From an uncultured bacterium (GTDB lineage Bacteria; Chloroflexota; UBA5177; JANWHV01): DNA of 64,000 nucleotides. The position numbers and the translations under genes are program-made. Under the pieces are notes generated by a model that saw only the letters and a program-made list of their open reading frames with translations, did not search any database and was not told the DNA's origin. Positions within the stretch are counted from its first letter, which is position 1; each line of letters begins with the position of its first letter. This document shows, piece by piece, positions 1-9,391 of this stretch. The stretch lies in the NCBI GenBank assembly GCA_963729625.1, contig CAVSOU010000008.1, positions 736,001 to 800,000 of the forward strand, given 5' to 3'.

Positions 1-767
1 GCGGTCGTGTAGCGGTAGAGGGGGCCAAGAGCGCTCTTCAGGGCGGCGAGCGCGGGACCCGTGTGTGCATCGTCGGCGGTGCGCACGTAGAGTCTGCTGG
101 CAATAGTGCCCTGCGCTCCACTGCTAAGGCTTGCCTCGGCGCTCCACAATCCCTGCAAGGACTGGTACAGCGTGCCGCCGATGCCGAAGTCGCCCTGAAA
201 CAGGCCGGCTGGATTCACGACGCCGCGAATTGTCACCCGCTCTGGCACGGGCGTGGCGAGATCGACCTGGTCGCCGACCCGCAGATGAAGGCGGGCGAAG
301 ACATCGGACGTAATGACCGCGTCGGTCGGCGCTTCGAGCAACGAGGTCACAGGCGTCGCCGGTGTGACGGAGTCAAACGTACCGTACAGCGGATAGTTGC
401 GGGTCTGAATGCCACGCACCGAGATCAGCGTCGTGCGATCTCCGGCCGTGGCCTTCACGCCGAGACCGTTTCGCTGGGCGTTCAGGGTCATCGTATAGTC
501 GGCAATCACGCCACGCTTCTTCAGCGCCTCGACGCTGGCAATATCGGCCCGCTGAAACGGATTTGAGATTGGATCGATGGAGATATCACCGCCGTTCGCC
601 TGTTTAGGCGCCTTGTTGACTGAGGCGCTGATGTTCAGGGCCAGCAGCTGCATGCCGACGACGGCGGCGACGCCCACGGCCACGCAGAACGCGGCGAATA
701 CCGAGCGCCGTCCTCCCCGTTTGAGGTTTCGCCATGCGTACGCGAAGGCCAGAGCGCCGTCAAGCAT
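1..767 (-). CDS. ABC transporter permease, FtsX/MacB-like (partial, runs off window start)
   Basis: Manual minus-strand translation from ATG at 767: MLDGALAFAYAWRNLKRGGRRSVFAAFCVAVGVAAVVGMQLL..., the typical permease N-terminus; open to position 1; directly downstream of the ABC ATPase. Not in the ORF track because the stop is outside the window. Confidence 0.85.
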   Translation of the reverse strand, partial: MLDGALAFAYAWRNLKRGGRRSVFAAFCVAVGVAAVVGMQLLALNISASVNKAPKQANGGDISIDPISNPFQRADIASVEALKKRGVIADYTMTLNAQRNGLGVKATAGDRTTLISVRGIQTRNYPLYGTFDSVTPATPVTSLLEAPTDAVITSDVFARLHLRVGDQVDLATPVPERVTIRGVVNPAGLFQGDFGIGGTLYQSLQGLWSAEASLSSGAQGTIASRLYVRTADDAHTGPALAALKSALGPLYRYTT

Positions 768-795
768 GCGTCGAGCTATCGAAACCGGCCGCGCA

Positions 796-1527
796 TCAGC
801 CCGCCGCCACCGGGGCCAGCGCCTCCAGGCGCCTGGCCCATTCCGCGCCCGCGCTCTCCACCACCAGGCCATCGCGCAGGTGGATGATGCGATCGGTGCG
901 CACGGCGATGGCGGGATCATGAGTGACAATCACGATCGTCTTGCCAAGCTGGGAGCGGAGACCGAGCAACTGTTCGATCACTCGCTCACCATTGGCGGAG
1001 TCAAGATTCCCTGTCGGCTCGTCCGCCAGAATAATCGCCGGATCGTTTGCCAGGGCGCGGGCGATGGCTACGCGCTGCTGCTCGCCCCCAGACAGTTGCG
1101 TCGGCTTGTGGCTCATCCGGTCGGACAGCCCAACGGCTTCGAGCGCCTCAGCGGCCCTTCGGATGGGATCGCGTCCTCGGCCAAACTGCACGGGAAGCGC
1201 CACGTTTTCCAGAGCGGTGAGCGTGGGAATGAGGTTGAAGGATTGAAACACGAAGCCGATCTGGCGGTTTCGGATGCCTGCGAGCTTATTCTCGGAGAGG
1301 CGCGTGATATCTATACCGTTGACGACGATGCGGCCCGACGAGACTGTATCCAGACCGCCGATCAAGCCGAGGAGCGTCGTCTTTCCGCTACCACTGGGGC
1401 CGACGACTGCGACCACCTCGCCCCGCGCGACGGAGATGCTCACGCCTCGAAGAGCGTGCACCGCGCTCTGTCCAAGCGGAATGTCCTTGGTGATGTCGGT
1501 GATTTCAATGGCCAGAAGGTGTTCCAT
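796..1527 (-). CDS. ABC transporter ATP-binding protein (LolD/MacB-type)
   Basis: Walker A GPSGSGKT, signature LSGGEQQR, Walker B ILADEPTGNLD, H-loop VTHD. Confidence 0.95.
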   Translation of the reverse strand: MEHLLAIEITDITKDIPLGQSAVHALRGVSISVARGEVVAVVGPSGSGKTTLLGLIGGLDTVSSGRIVVNGIDITRLSENKLAGIRNRQIGFVFQSFNLIPTLTALENVALPVQFGRGRDPIRRAAEALEAVGLSDRMSHKPTQLSGGEQQRVAIARALANDPAIILADEPTGNLDSANGERVIEQLLGLRSQLGKTIVIVTHDPAIAVRTDRIIHLRDGLVVESAGAEWARRLEALAPVAAG

Positions 1528-1576
1528 GACTTCTCAAAAGGTACCCGCGTGCGCGGCTTCCGCACAAATGATGTCC

Positions 1577-2024
1577 TCAGGCGACGTACGATTCCGCCAG
1601 CGAATTGTTCTCGGCGGTCTGCACGCCCGCCACGACCCGCGGCATTCTTGGGAGGAACAGGGTAGCCAGGCCACCGAAGGTCAGTACCCCCGCTCCTATG
1701 AGCAAGACGGTGCGGAAGCCAGCGACGAAATTGCCGGGCAGTACGACGCTGTGCTGGAAGACCGCGCCGAGGATCGCGACGCCAAACACGCCCGCCCAGC
1801 GCGCGAATCGTGCTGTTTGTGCCCGAAGCCTGCCCCTGCTTACTCTCGTCCGCACTGGCCATTGCGGTGTTCGAGAGCGGCGCAAAGCACCGACCCATGC
1901 CGAAGCCGCCGAGCACGAATGCCGGCAACAGCGAGGTGCAGGCGACAGTGCTGCTCGCTGCCAACGCTATCCAGGCCAGCGGGATCGCCTGGCACGTCAG
2001 ACCGGAAAACACGAAATCCGCCAT
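1577..2024 (-). pseudogene. DHA2-type MFS transporter, C-terminal remnant with frameshift
   Basis: GFGMGRCFAPLSNTAM...QGQASGTNSTIRALGG continues in another frame as VFGVAILGAVF...; N-terminal two thirds absent. Confidence 0.7.
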
Positions 2025-2264
2025 CGATGTGTCACGTCCGTGCCCTCCAACTTATGCTTGAGCTAGCTCATTCCAGCGTAGTAGTGAGTAGTCACTAATC
2101 TACGGCTTCAGCATAGGGCGCCCACAACGTCGCGTCAGCGGACCGATTGGTAAACGCATCACACTGCGCATCGTGCTAGCCAGTTGGTGGGCCACGATGT
2201 ACGCTGGAATAGCGTCGATCAGCTCCGTACGCCGATACGGCTACCGCGAAGAGGAAGAACCCCA

Positions 2265-3155
2265 ATGGCTACTCCCGCTACGTCTGCTACATCCTGCGCC
2301 GTCTGCGGCGAACCCCGTATAGCGGGGGCGAAGTTCTGTAGCCTGTGCGGCGCTACGTTCCCAGCCGTGCCGAGCGGCGCCTCGCGTGCAGGAGCCGCTC
2401 GCCGGGCCGGTCGACCCACCGATCTCCTGTATGTGGCCGCCGCCGCTGTGATTGCGGTAGCGCTGTCGCACCTCCCGATCGTGGACGTGGCGATATACCC
2501 GTTCAAGCTCTTCGGCACGTTTGTCCATGAATGGTGCCATGCACTTGTGGCTATCGCGACCGGCGGAAATGTGACACGTCTTGAGATCAATGCGAATCTC
2601 AGCGGTGAGACGTTCACCTCCGGCGGCTGGCTGTTGCCGATCTTCAGCGCGGGCTATGTTGGCACCGCCGTCGTCGGTGCGGTGCTGCTGCTCATTCCGA
2701 CACGATTTTCAAACCACGTCCTTGTCGGCGTGGGCGGGCTCTCGGTGTTGATGCCGCTGGCGGGCTTTGCCGCGTTCGGTACCAGCTTCACAAGCTTGAC
2801 ATGGCTCTGGACAGTGATTTTCGGCGGAGTGACGCTGTGCGCAGGCCTGCGCGGCCCCGCGCGCCTCGCCGGCCTGTTCAAGCAGTTCATCGCCGTGGAA
2901 TTGTGTTTGACCGCGATCGACTCGTTGCGCGATCTCGCCTGGATCACCGAGAACTCTGGCCACGCACAGGTCGACACGGCAAAGGGAGTCTGCTACTACA
3001 GTCAGTCGGCCGGGGTCGGAGGCGGGACCGACGCCTTGAATGCCCAGTGCTACTTCGCCCTTCCGGCCATGTTCTGGACCATCGTCTGGTTCATTCTTGC
3101 CGTGGCCGTTATCGGCTTCGCGGCATACCGGGTCGTGCGACGATCGGTTGCCTAG
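2265..3155 (+). CDS. M50B-like membrane metallopeptidase with N-terminal zinc ribbon
   Basis: CAVC...CSLC ribbon, HEWCH (HExxH), SAGYVG, TDA motif, several TM segments; start taken at ATG 2265. Confidence 0.8.
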   Translation: MATPATSATSCAVCGEPRIAGAKFCSLCGATFPAVPSGASRAGAARRAGRPTDLLYVAAAAVIAVALSHLPIVDVAIYPFKLFGTFVHEWCHALVAIATGGNVTRLEINANLSGETFTSGGWLLPIFSAGYVGTAVVGAVLLLIPTRFSNHVLVGVGGLSVLMPLAGFAAFGTSFTSLTWLWTVIFGGVTLCAGLRGPARLAGLFKQFIAVELCLTAIDSLRDLAWITENSGHAQVDTAKGVCYYSQSAGVGGGTDALNAQCYFALPAMFWTIVWFILAVAVIGFAAYRVVRRSVA

Positions 3156-3332
3156 GCGCGGCGCGTCCGCCCGTGCCTCCTCGAAGGATGCTCAATCCAC
3201 CGCACTGGCCCGGCAAACATGGGAGTCAAGCAGCGTTGAGGCGATGGCGGGCAGCGCGGGTGCCTCCATTGCACACGTTGTCGCGCAATTTGAAGGACGT
3301 CTAGCGCACGTGCCTTGGAGCGTGTTCGGTCT

Positions 3333-3788
3333 ATGATCGAGGATGATCTGCTTGCGCCACCGGGGTCAGCCCTGCGCGACCCCGGCTATCACGATCTGTG
3401 CACGTTCTTTTCTACCTTTCCCCCCGCACGCGATTGGCGGCCGCGCTTCGGCGATTGGGTTGTCATTCCTCCATCTGCCGAACCGCTTCTGGCTTTGTCC
3501 TTCGCGCCTGCAACGGCCACCGTCATGCTGGCCGATCCTGCCGGTGGCGCTCCACGCGAGGAAGAATGTGCCGGCTGCGTGTGGCTGCCGACGCTGGACC
3601 AGCTACGCGTTCTGCTGTGCCAGGAGTTTGGCACCAGCGGCTTCTTCACCTCGGCGTACAATGATGCGACATACTGGTTTACGGGCCAGTTGCTCGGTAT
3701 GACAATCACCAACCTGCAGCCACTTGCCGAGGGGAGCAGTCCCGAAGAAGCTGCTGTCAAAGCACTGTTGATGCGCTATCAACGGTAG
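3333..3788 (+). CDS. hypothetical protein
   Basis: Protein-like composition (WLPTLDQLR segment), co-oriented and closely spaced with downstream genes. Confidence 0.6.
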   Translation: MIEDDLLAPPGSALRDPGYHDLCTFFSTFPPARDWRPRFGDWVVIPPSAEPLLALSFAPATATVMLADPAGGAPREEECAGCVWLPTLDQLRVLLCQEFGTSGFFTSAYNDATYWFTGQLLGMTITNLQPLAEGSSPEEAAVKALLMRYQR

Positions 3789-3802
3789 AAAGGGACGCGG
3801 GC

Positions 3803-4615
3803 GTGCGCCGTGGCCCGGTAAAGCCATTTCCGTATTTTCATGCCGGCACTGGTGGCCTGCCGGCCAACGTGTTGCCGCCGCGCGTCGACACTATTCCGGT
3901 AGCGCGTATCAAGGGGAGCGTCGACAAGGCAGGTCAACTGACGCCACGCTTCCTGCCCAGGCGTGAGAAGGCTCGATCCGCGCGCTTCCGTTCAATAGCC
4001 CAAGCGATGGCCCGAGGCGTGGAGATGCCGCCAATCGAGGTGTACTACCTCAACCGCGAGTACTACGTGATCGACGGGCACCACCGCGTTGCCGCGGCTA
4101 TCGCCAACGACGTGAAGTACATCGACGCCCTCGTACAAGAATGTATTGTGCCCGAGCGGAGACCGAAAGACCGTCTCGCCAATGTGCGCATACGCTTCGA
4201 GCGGCGCACGGGGCTCAACCGCATCGATTTCACCAATGTAGAGTCGTATGACCGCTTGCTGGCGGAGCTCCTCGCGTACCGAGAGTGCGTGCGCGAAAAC
4301 GATCCAGGTGCTACGTTGCGCCAGGCGGCAAGACAATGGTACCGCGAGGTATTTGTCCCCATTGCCGAACCTCTCGATATGCGCGCGCTGACCCTGGCGT
4401 TTCCCGGCCGCACGGTCAGCGACTTGTACTTCGCGGCAAAGGACCACCAAGCCTACCTCGAGCAGGCAACAGGTCATCCGGTCACTCCCGCGGAGGCCGT
4501 CGCGGATCTTCAGCGTCTGCATCCGCGGCCGCTTACTGCCCGCGTGTTCCGCCCGCTTCACCGTCGAGCGCGCCGGGCAATCTGGCGCGTCACCGGAGGC
4601 CCCCCCGCCCTATGA
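3803..4615 (+). CDS. ParB/Sulfiredoxin-like N-terminal domain protein (DUF4032-like C-terminus)
   Basis: IKGSVD, PPIEVY, YYVIDGHHRVAAA ParB/Srx core; helical C-terminus with AARQWYREVF and TVSDLY. Confidence 0.8.
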   Translation: MRRGPVKPFPYFHAGTGGLPANVLPPRVDTIPVARIKGSVDKAGQLTPRFLPRREKARSARFRSIAQAMARGVEMPPIEVYYLNREYYVIDGHHRVAAAIANDVKYIDALVQECIVPERRPKDRLANVRIRFERRTGLNRIDFTNVESYDRLLAELLAYRECVRENDPGATLRQAARQWYREVFVPIAEPLDMRALTLAFPGRTVSDLYFAAKDHQAYLEQATGHPVTPAEAVADLQRLHPRPLTARVFRPLHRRARRAIWRVTGGPPAL

Positions 4616-5340
4616 AGATCCTGTTTGTCTCGGATCACGAGGAGCGCCAACTTTACGAGCACTTCGATCCCGAACGATGGGTGGGCAACGTCGATCTGGC
4701 AGTCTCGTGTGGCGATCTGCGAGCCGACTATCTGTCTTACCTGGTGACGGTCTTGCGCGTCCGCCTGTTGTACGTAGCAGGCAATCACGACGCCCGTTTC
4801 CATGCCCAGCCGCCGGATGGCTGCGATGACATCGACGGGAAGCTCGTGCGTATCGGCAACCTCAGAATCGGCGGCCTTGCCGGCTCACCTCGCTACAACG
4901 GCGGCCCCGACCAATTTCAGTACACAAGCTGGGAGATGCGGAAGAAAGTCTGGCGGCTCTCGCGCTCAATCATGCGCCGGGGAGGGGTGGACCTTATCGT
5001 CTCGCACGCGGCTCCGCATCGGTGCCCACTGGTTACGCGCCAGTGCCTTGCTCCGGCAGGCGCCGGTTTTCCCTGCACTAAGCCCGATCTCGCCGGGCAT
5101 CCTCTTACGTGCCCCGAGTCGACGGATCCGTGCCACCTGGGTGTGGCGGCCTACGATGCCGCAGTGCTGCGCTGGCATCCGCGTTGGTGGGTGCACGGAC
5201 ACAATCACCTCGAGTACGGGCAGGTCCCGCGCCTGTGGTGGATCGGCGACAGCCAGGTCATCAACGCCGACGGCCACATCGTGCTGGATACGGACATGCT
5301 CGCAGACAAAGAGCGCGGCTCGCTCGTACGCGGTCGCTAG
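4612..5340 (+). CDS. calcineurin-like metallophosphoesterase
   Basis: SDHE, CGDL, GNHD, SHA, HGHNH motifs; ATGA overlap with the upstream stop. Confidence 0.85.
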   Translation: MKILFVSDHEERQLYEHFDPERWVGNVDLAVSCGDLRADYLSYLVTVLRVRLLYVAGNHDARFHAQPPDGCDDIDGKLVRIGNLRIGGLAGSPRYNGGPDQFQYTSWEMRKKVWRLSRSIMRRGGVDLIVSHAAPHRCPLVTRQCLAPAGAGFPCTKPDLAGHPLTCPESTDPCHLGVAAYDAAVLRWHPRWWVHGHNHLEYGQVPRLWWIGDSQVINADGHIVLDTDMLADKERGSLVRGR

Positions 5341-6056
5341 ATCTCGAGCCGGTACCCGATGCCTCGCACGGTCTTGATGTGCTGAGGATTCGCCGGCTCC
5401 TCTTCGATCTTCTCGCGCAGCCAACGGATATGCACGTCAACGGTCCGGCTATCTCCCGCATACTCGTAGCCCCAGACCTTGTCCAGCACTACTTCGCGCG
5501 ACATCACCTTGCCGGCATTGGTCAGGAGGTAGTTGAGCAGGTCGTACTCCTTGAGCGTGAGCACGATCTCGTGGCCATCCCGAAATACCTTCCTGCTGTC
5601 TCGCTCGATCACGATGCGCCCGAACTGCATGCGATCGGGAGCCTGGCTAGGCCGTATTTGCGGCATCTCCGCGCGCCGCAAATGGGCTTTGACGCGGGCG
5701 AGCAGCTCGCGCAGTCTGAACGGCTTCACCAGGTAATCGTCGGCACCCAGCTCCAGTCCGAGCACCGTGTCCACTTCCGAATCCTTCGCCGTCAGAATGA
5801 TGATGGGGACGGTGGAGTCCCGCCGCACGGCGCGACAGACTTCCAAACCGTCCATCCGCGGCAGCATGAGATCCAGGATGACCAGGTCCGGGCTACACGC
5901 GGCTGCCTGTTCCAGCGCCTCTACGCCATCGACCGCGGTAACGACTCGATAGCCCTCTTTGGTCAGGTTGTAGCTGAGCGCTTCGATCAGTGTCGGCTCG
6001 TCGTCCACAAGGAGGATCGTCTTGAACGGCAGCTTCTTGTTCGCGGCCGCGTTCAT
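5337..6056 (-). CDS. OmpR/PhoB-family response regulator (WalR/PhoP-like)
   Basis: LVDDE, LDLMLP, LTAK, KPF receiver; winged helix SRTVDVHIRWLREKIE...TVRGIGY. Confidence 0.95.
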   Translation of the reverse strand: MNAAANKKLPFKTILLVDDEPTLIEALSYNLTKEGYRVVTAVDGVEALEQAAACSPDLVILDLMLPRMDGLEVCRAVRRDSTVPIIILTAKDSEVDTVLGLELGADDYLVKPFRLRELLARVKAHLRRAEMPQIRPSQAPDRMQFGRIVIERDSRKVFRDGHEIVLTLKEYDLLNYLLTNAGKVMSREVVLDKVWGYEYAGDSRTVDVHIRWLREKIEEEPANPQHIKTVRGIGYRLEI

Positions 6057-6200
6057 ATGTGTCGAGCATATCCTTTGAGATGTGTGTCGGTGTTCTATCG
6101 CTGGGCAGTGTACCAGAGCCTGGTGCACGCGGTGGGCAATAACCCTGCCTGCCAACGACCTGTTTCTGGTAGCATAGCGAGACAGGGAGTGTCAGACGGG

Positions 6201-6446
6201 ATGCAGGAAACACCGAAACGACGCCACAGCCAGAGCTTTTACGACTTCCTCATGGTGCTACTCTGCAGCCAGGCCAGCTACTGGTTGCTCGCCAGCCCTC
6301 TCGTCCCGTACGCCTTCAATGAGGTACAGTTCCTCATCGCGTACACCCTGCTCACGATCGTGCTTGGCACTACCGGCGTGAAGCTCAATCATTTGGCCGC
6401 GCGGAACGTGCGCGTCTCCATCGGGATCGGACGGCGACGGCGGTGA
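6201..6446 (+). CDS. small membrane protein (81 aa, two hydrophobic segments)
   Basis: MQETPKRRH...; stop overlaps GTG of next gene (GTGA). Confidence 0.65.
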   Translation: MQETPKRRHSQSFYDFLMVLLCSQASYWLLASPLVPYAFNEVQFLIAYTLLTIVLGTTGVKLNHLAARNVRVSIGIGRRRR

Positions 6447-7393
6447 TGCCTCAGGTCGGAGGTGACGACGTGCCGATTACGATCGATCTTCGCTTTCTCG
6501 ATCAACCGGGCGCGATCGCTTCATACCTTCTGCCGGCGGATGAGGATGCGGCGCTCATCGACGTCGGACCGGCCAGCTCGGTGACCACGTTGCTCTCGGC
6601 TCTTGCTGAGGCGGGCATAGCGCCAGAGCAGGTTCGCCACGTGCTGATCACACATATCCACCTCGATCATGCGGGTGCCGCGGGCGTACTGATGCAGCAC
6701 ATGCCGAACGCGCGCGTCTATGTCCATGAAGTCGGTGCACCACACATGATCGATCCATCCAGACTCATCGCCAGCGCATCGCGGGTGTACGGCAGTCTCA
6801 TGAAGCGCTTGTGGGGCGAGATGCTCCCCGTGCCTGCGGACCGCATCGCGATCCTTCATGACGAGCAGATCCTCGAGCTGGCTGGGCGACGCCTTCAGGT
6901 TCTGTTTGCACCGGGCCACGCTGACCACCACGTGGTGTACCGCGATCTCGAGGACGGCAGCGTGTACGCAGGCGATGTTGCGGGCGTGCGGATGCCCGGC
7001 TGCGCGTACGTGCATCCCCCGACGCCGCCGCCTGATCTCGATCTCGAAGCCTGGGAAGCGACGATCGACCGGCTATCCTCATTGCGCCCGACAGCCTTCT
7101 ACCTCACGCATTTTGGCCGGGCAACCGGCACGCAGGAGCAACTCGATCAGCTTCGACGCAGGCTGCGTGCATGGGAACAGCTGGTGTTGGATCGTATGCG
7201 AGCAAGACAGGATCGTGCGTCCATCACCCTCGCTTTGCAGAGGGCCTCCGAGCTCGAGCTATCGCAGTTCACCACGCCCGAGACTGCTCGTCAGTACGAA
7301 ACAGCCGGCAGCTCAGCAATGAACGTGTCGGGCTTCGAACGATACCTTCGAAAACGGCATCCCGAGCTTGAGCCGCTTCCAAGCAGTGTATGA
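6443..7393 (+). CDS. MBL-fold metallo-hydrolase
   Basis: THIHLDHAG, PGHADHH, AGD, THFG motifs. Confidence 0.9.
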   Translation: MMPQVGGDDVPITIDLRFLDQPGAIASYLLPADEDAALIDVGPASSVTTLLSALAEAGIAPEQVRHVLITHIHLDHAGAAGVLMQHMPNARVYVHEVGAPHMIDPSRLIASASRVYGSLMKRLWGEMLPVPADRIAILHDEQILELAGRRLQVLFAPGHADHHVVYRDLEDGSVYAGDVAGVRMPGCAYVHPPTPPPDLDLEAWEATIDRLSSLRPTAFYLTHFGRATGTQEQLDQLRRRLRAWEQLVLDRMRARQDRASITLALQRASELELSQFTTPETARQYETAGSSAMNVSGFERYLRKRHPELEPLPSSV

Positions 7394-7584
7394 CTTCTCC
7401 TGTTTCGCCCGTGTCGATCTGCCTCAATCATGCACAGTGGCGTGCATTGCGGAACTCTCGCTTCGTGGACCCCAGAAAGGCAGCTCCGTCAGTGGCTGAA
7501 TCGACCGTCGCGCCGATTGTGCGAGCACGCTCGGTCCTTCGTGGGGCCTGGGCGTCGGCAGCGGAAACGGAGCGCCCGTCGTGA
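7390..7584 (+). CDS. possible small translationally coupled ORF (64 aa)
   Basis: ATGA overlap with upstream stop and GTGA overlap with lgt start; no recognisable motif. Confidence 0.35.
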   Translation: MTSPVSPVSICLNHAQWRALRNSRFVDPRKAAPSVAESTVAPIVRARSVLRGAWASAAETERPS

Positions 7585-8615
7585 GCACAGCCACGATCAA
7601 GTACGGTCCGATCATTATTCATTGGTATGGTATCGTCGTCGCGCTGGCGATCGTGACCGGCTTTGCTGTATCGGCGGTTGTGGCCAGGCTGCGCGGCCAG
7701 CGTGTGGAACCCCTGGCTGGAATCATGTTCCTTACCGTGCTATCGGGTCTGATCGGGGCGCGAGTCTGGTACTACATGTTCAGAAGGCCCTGGTACAGCC
7801 CGGATCCCGGTCGAATCTTTGCGGTCTGGCAGGGTGGCATGGCCTTGCACGGCGCGCTGCTCGGCGGTATCCTTGCTCTCCTAGTCTTCACGTGGAACAG
7901 GGAGCTCGATTTCTGGCAGTGGGCCGACATTTGTGCCCCCGGAGCGATCCTGGCGCAAGCGATCGGACGCGTTGGCGACATTCTCAACCAGCAGGCCTTC
8001 GGACCGCCAACCTCTGGGCGGCTCTTCGTCACTATCCCGCTCGAAAACCGTCCTCCGCAGTACGCTGCGTACGCGCATTTCACCCCCACGGCGCTCTACG
8101 AATGCGTGTGGGACCTGGTCGTTTTCGCCGTGGTGATCGGGCTTCTGACCCTCCAACATTGGCGTCCGCGACTGCTTCCGATAGGAAGTGTCTTTCTGGC
8201 TTACCTGGTGCTCTATTCGCTTGGCCGCATTCCTCTCGAGGGCCTGCGCGTCGACAGCCTCTGGCTGGGTAGCTTCAGGGCAGCGCAGGTCGCCAGCGGC
8301 TTGACCATCGCGGCGGGCATTGCGCTCTACAGTACTAGGCTTACCCAGCGATTCGAGATGGCAATCGCTCCCGCGCCGATCAGGCCGGGCCTGGTCAGCG
8401 ACGCCTATCTGCTGGCTGCGACGCGTAGCAGCCAGCTGCGTCTGGGGCATGATCCCCTCGAGTGGGATGACCTGGATAATGACGACGACGACGACGACGT
8501 AGGCCAGCCGGCGCGGAACGGCAGTGGGACGTTCGTTCCCTCGACTCTGCAGCCGGCAGTTGCCTCGCTGGAGGAAACAGTGATTTCGTCCCAGCCGGCG
8601 GAGGATGCATCGTGA
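7581..8615 (+). CDS. lgt: prolipoprotein diacylglyceryl transferase with acidic C-terminal tail
   Basis: IHWYG, GARVWY, WQGGMALHG, QAIGRVGD-x2-NQ-x3-G, PTALYE, GRIPLEGLR. Confidence 0.88.
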   Translation: MSTATIKYGPIIIHWYGIVVALAIVTGFAVSAVVARLRGQRVEPLAGIMFLTVLSGLIGARVWYYMFRRPWYSPDPGRIFAVWQGGMALHGALLGGILALLVFTWNRELDFWQWADICAPGAILAQAIGRVGDILNQQAFGPPTSGRLFVTIPLENRPPQYAAYAHFTPTALYECVWDLVVFAVVIGLLTLQHWRPRLLPIGSVFLAYLVLYSLGRIPLEGLRVDSLWLGSFRAAQVASGLTIAAGIALYSTRLTQRFEMAIAPAPIRPGLVSDAYLLAATRSSQLRLGHDPLEWDDLDNDDDDDDVGQPARNGSGTFVPSTLQPAVASLEETVISSQPAEDAS

Positions 8616-9391
8616 TGCGACTCACGATTCTGGGTGCGAGCCCTGCATGCCAGAATCCTGGGGGCGCTTGCTCGGGTTATCTCGTGGAGCAGGACGACAC
8701 GGCTATACTCGTCGAATGTGGGAGCGGTGTCTTCTCTCGGTTACAGCAGTACGTGAAGCCGGAGAAGGTCAGCGCGATCCTGATTTCCCACATGCATGCA
8801 GATCATACGCTCGACCTCATGCAGTATCGGTACTACCTGTACTTTTCTACTTCACGGTACCCGGGCGTCGGCCGCCCTGCTCTCTACTTTCCGCCCGAGG
8901 GACATGAAAGAATGCTGGGCGTGAGCAGGTTGCAGGACTTGTCCGCGACATTCTTCAGCGACTTCTTCGATACGCGCGAATACGAACCCGACCGCGTGCT
9001 GAGGATCGGACCGCTATCGGTGGAATTCGTGCCGGTCTCGCACGTCACGCACAGCTACGGCATGCGCATCAGTGGAGACGGGCTGCTGGCATTCTCCGGC
9101 GACACCGGCTTGTGCGATAGCCTGCCTGAACTGGCTCGCGACAGTGACATCTTCCTCTGCGAATGTTCAAACACAGAGAATTCGGCCTATCCATTCCATC
9201 TCACGCCGCGTCAGGCCGGCATCGTGGCACAGGAGGCCAGCACCAGGCAGCTCGTGCTGACGCACCGCTGGGCGGTCGACGGCCAGGACAGCGCCGCTGT
9301 CGAAGCCGGCGCGTCCTTCCATGGACCGGTTGCAATCGCGCGGGAAGACATGCAGTTCTCTATCGGCGTAAGCTCTGCTGTCGTATCGTAA
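8612..9391 (+). CDS. MBL-fold hydrolase, RNase Z/YhfI-like
   Basis: ACSGYL, SHMHADH, FSGDT, FHLTP, LVLTH motifs. Confidence 0.88.
   Translation: MMRLTILGASPACQNPGGACSGYLVEQDDTAILVECGSGVFSRLQQYVKPEKVSAILISHMHADHTLDLMQYRYYLYFSTSRYPGVGRPALYFPPEGHERMLGVSRLQDLSATFFSDFFDTREYEPDRVLRIGPLSVEFVPVSHVTHSYGMRISGDGLLAFSGDTGLCDSLPELARDSDIFLCECSNTENSAYPFHLTPRQAGIVAQEASTRQLVLTHRWAVDGQDSAAVEAGASFHGPVAIAREDMQFSIGVSSAVVS

Noticed and set aside
63-1665. Long plus-strand ORFs 63-566 and 577-1665
   Set aside because: Antisense shadows of the ABC permease and ATPase; the same applies to most overlapping ORFs in this GC-rich track.
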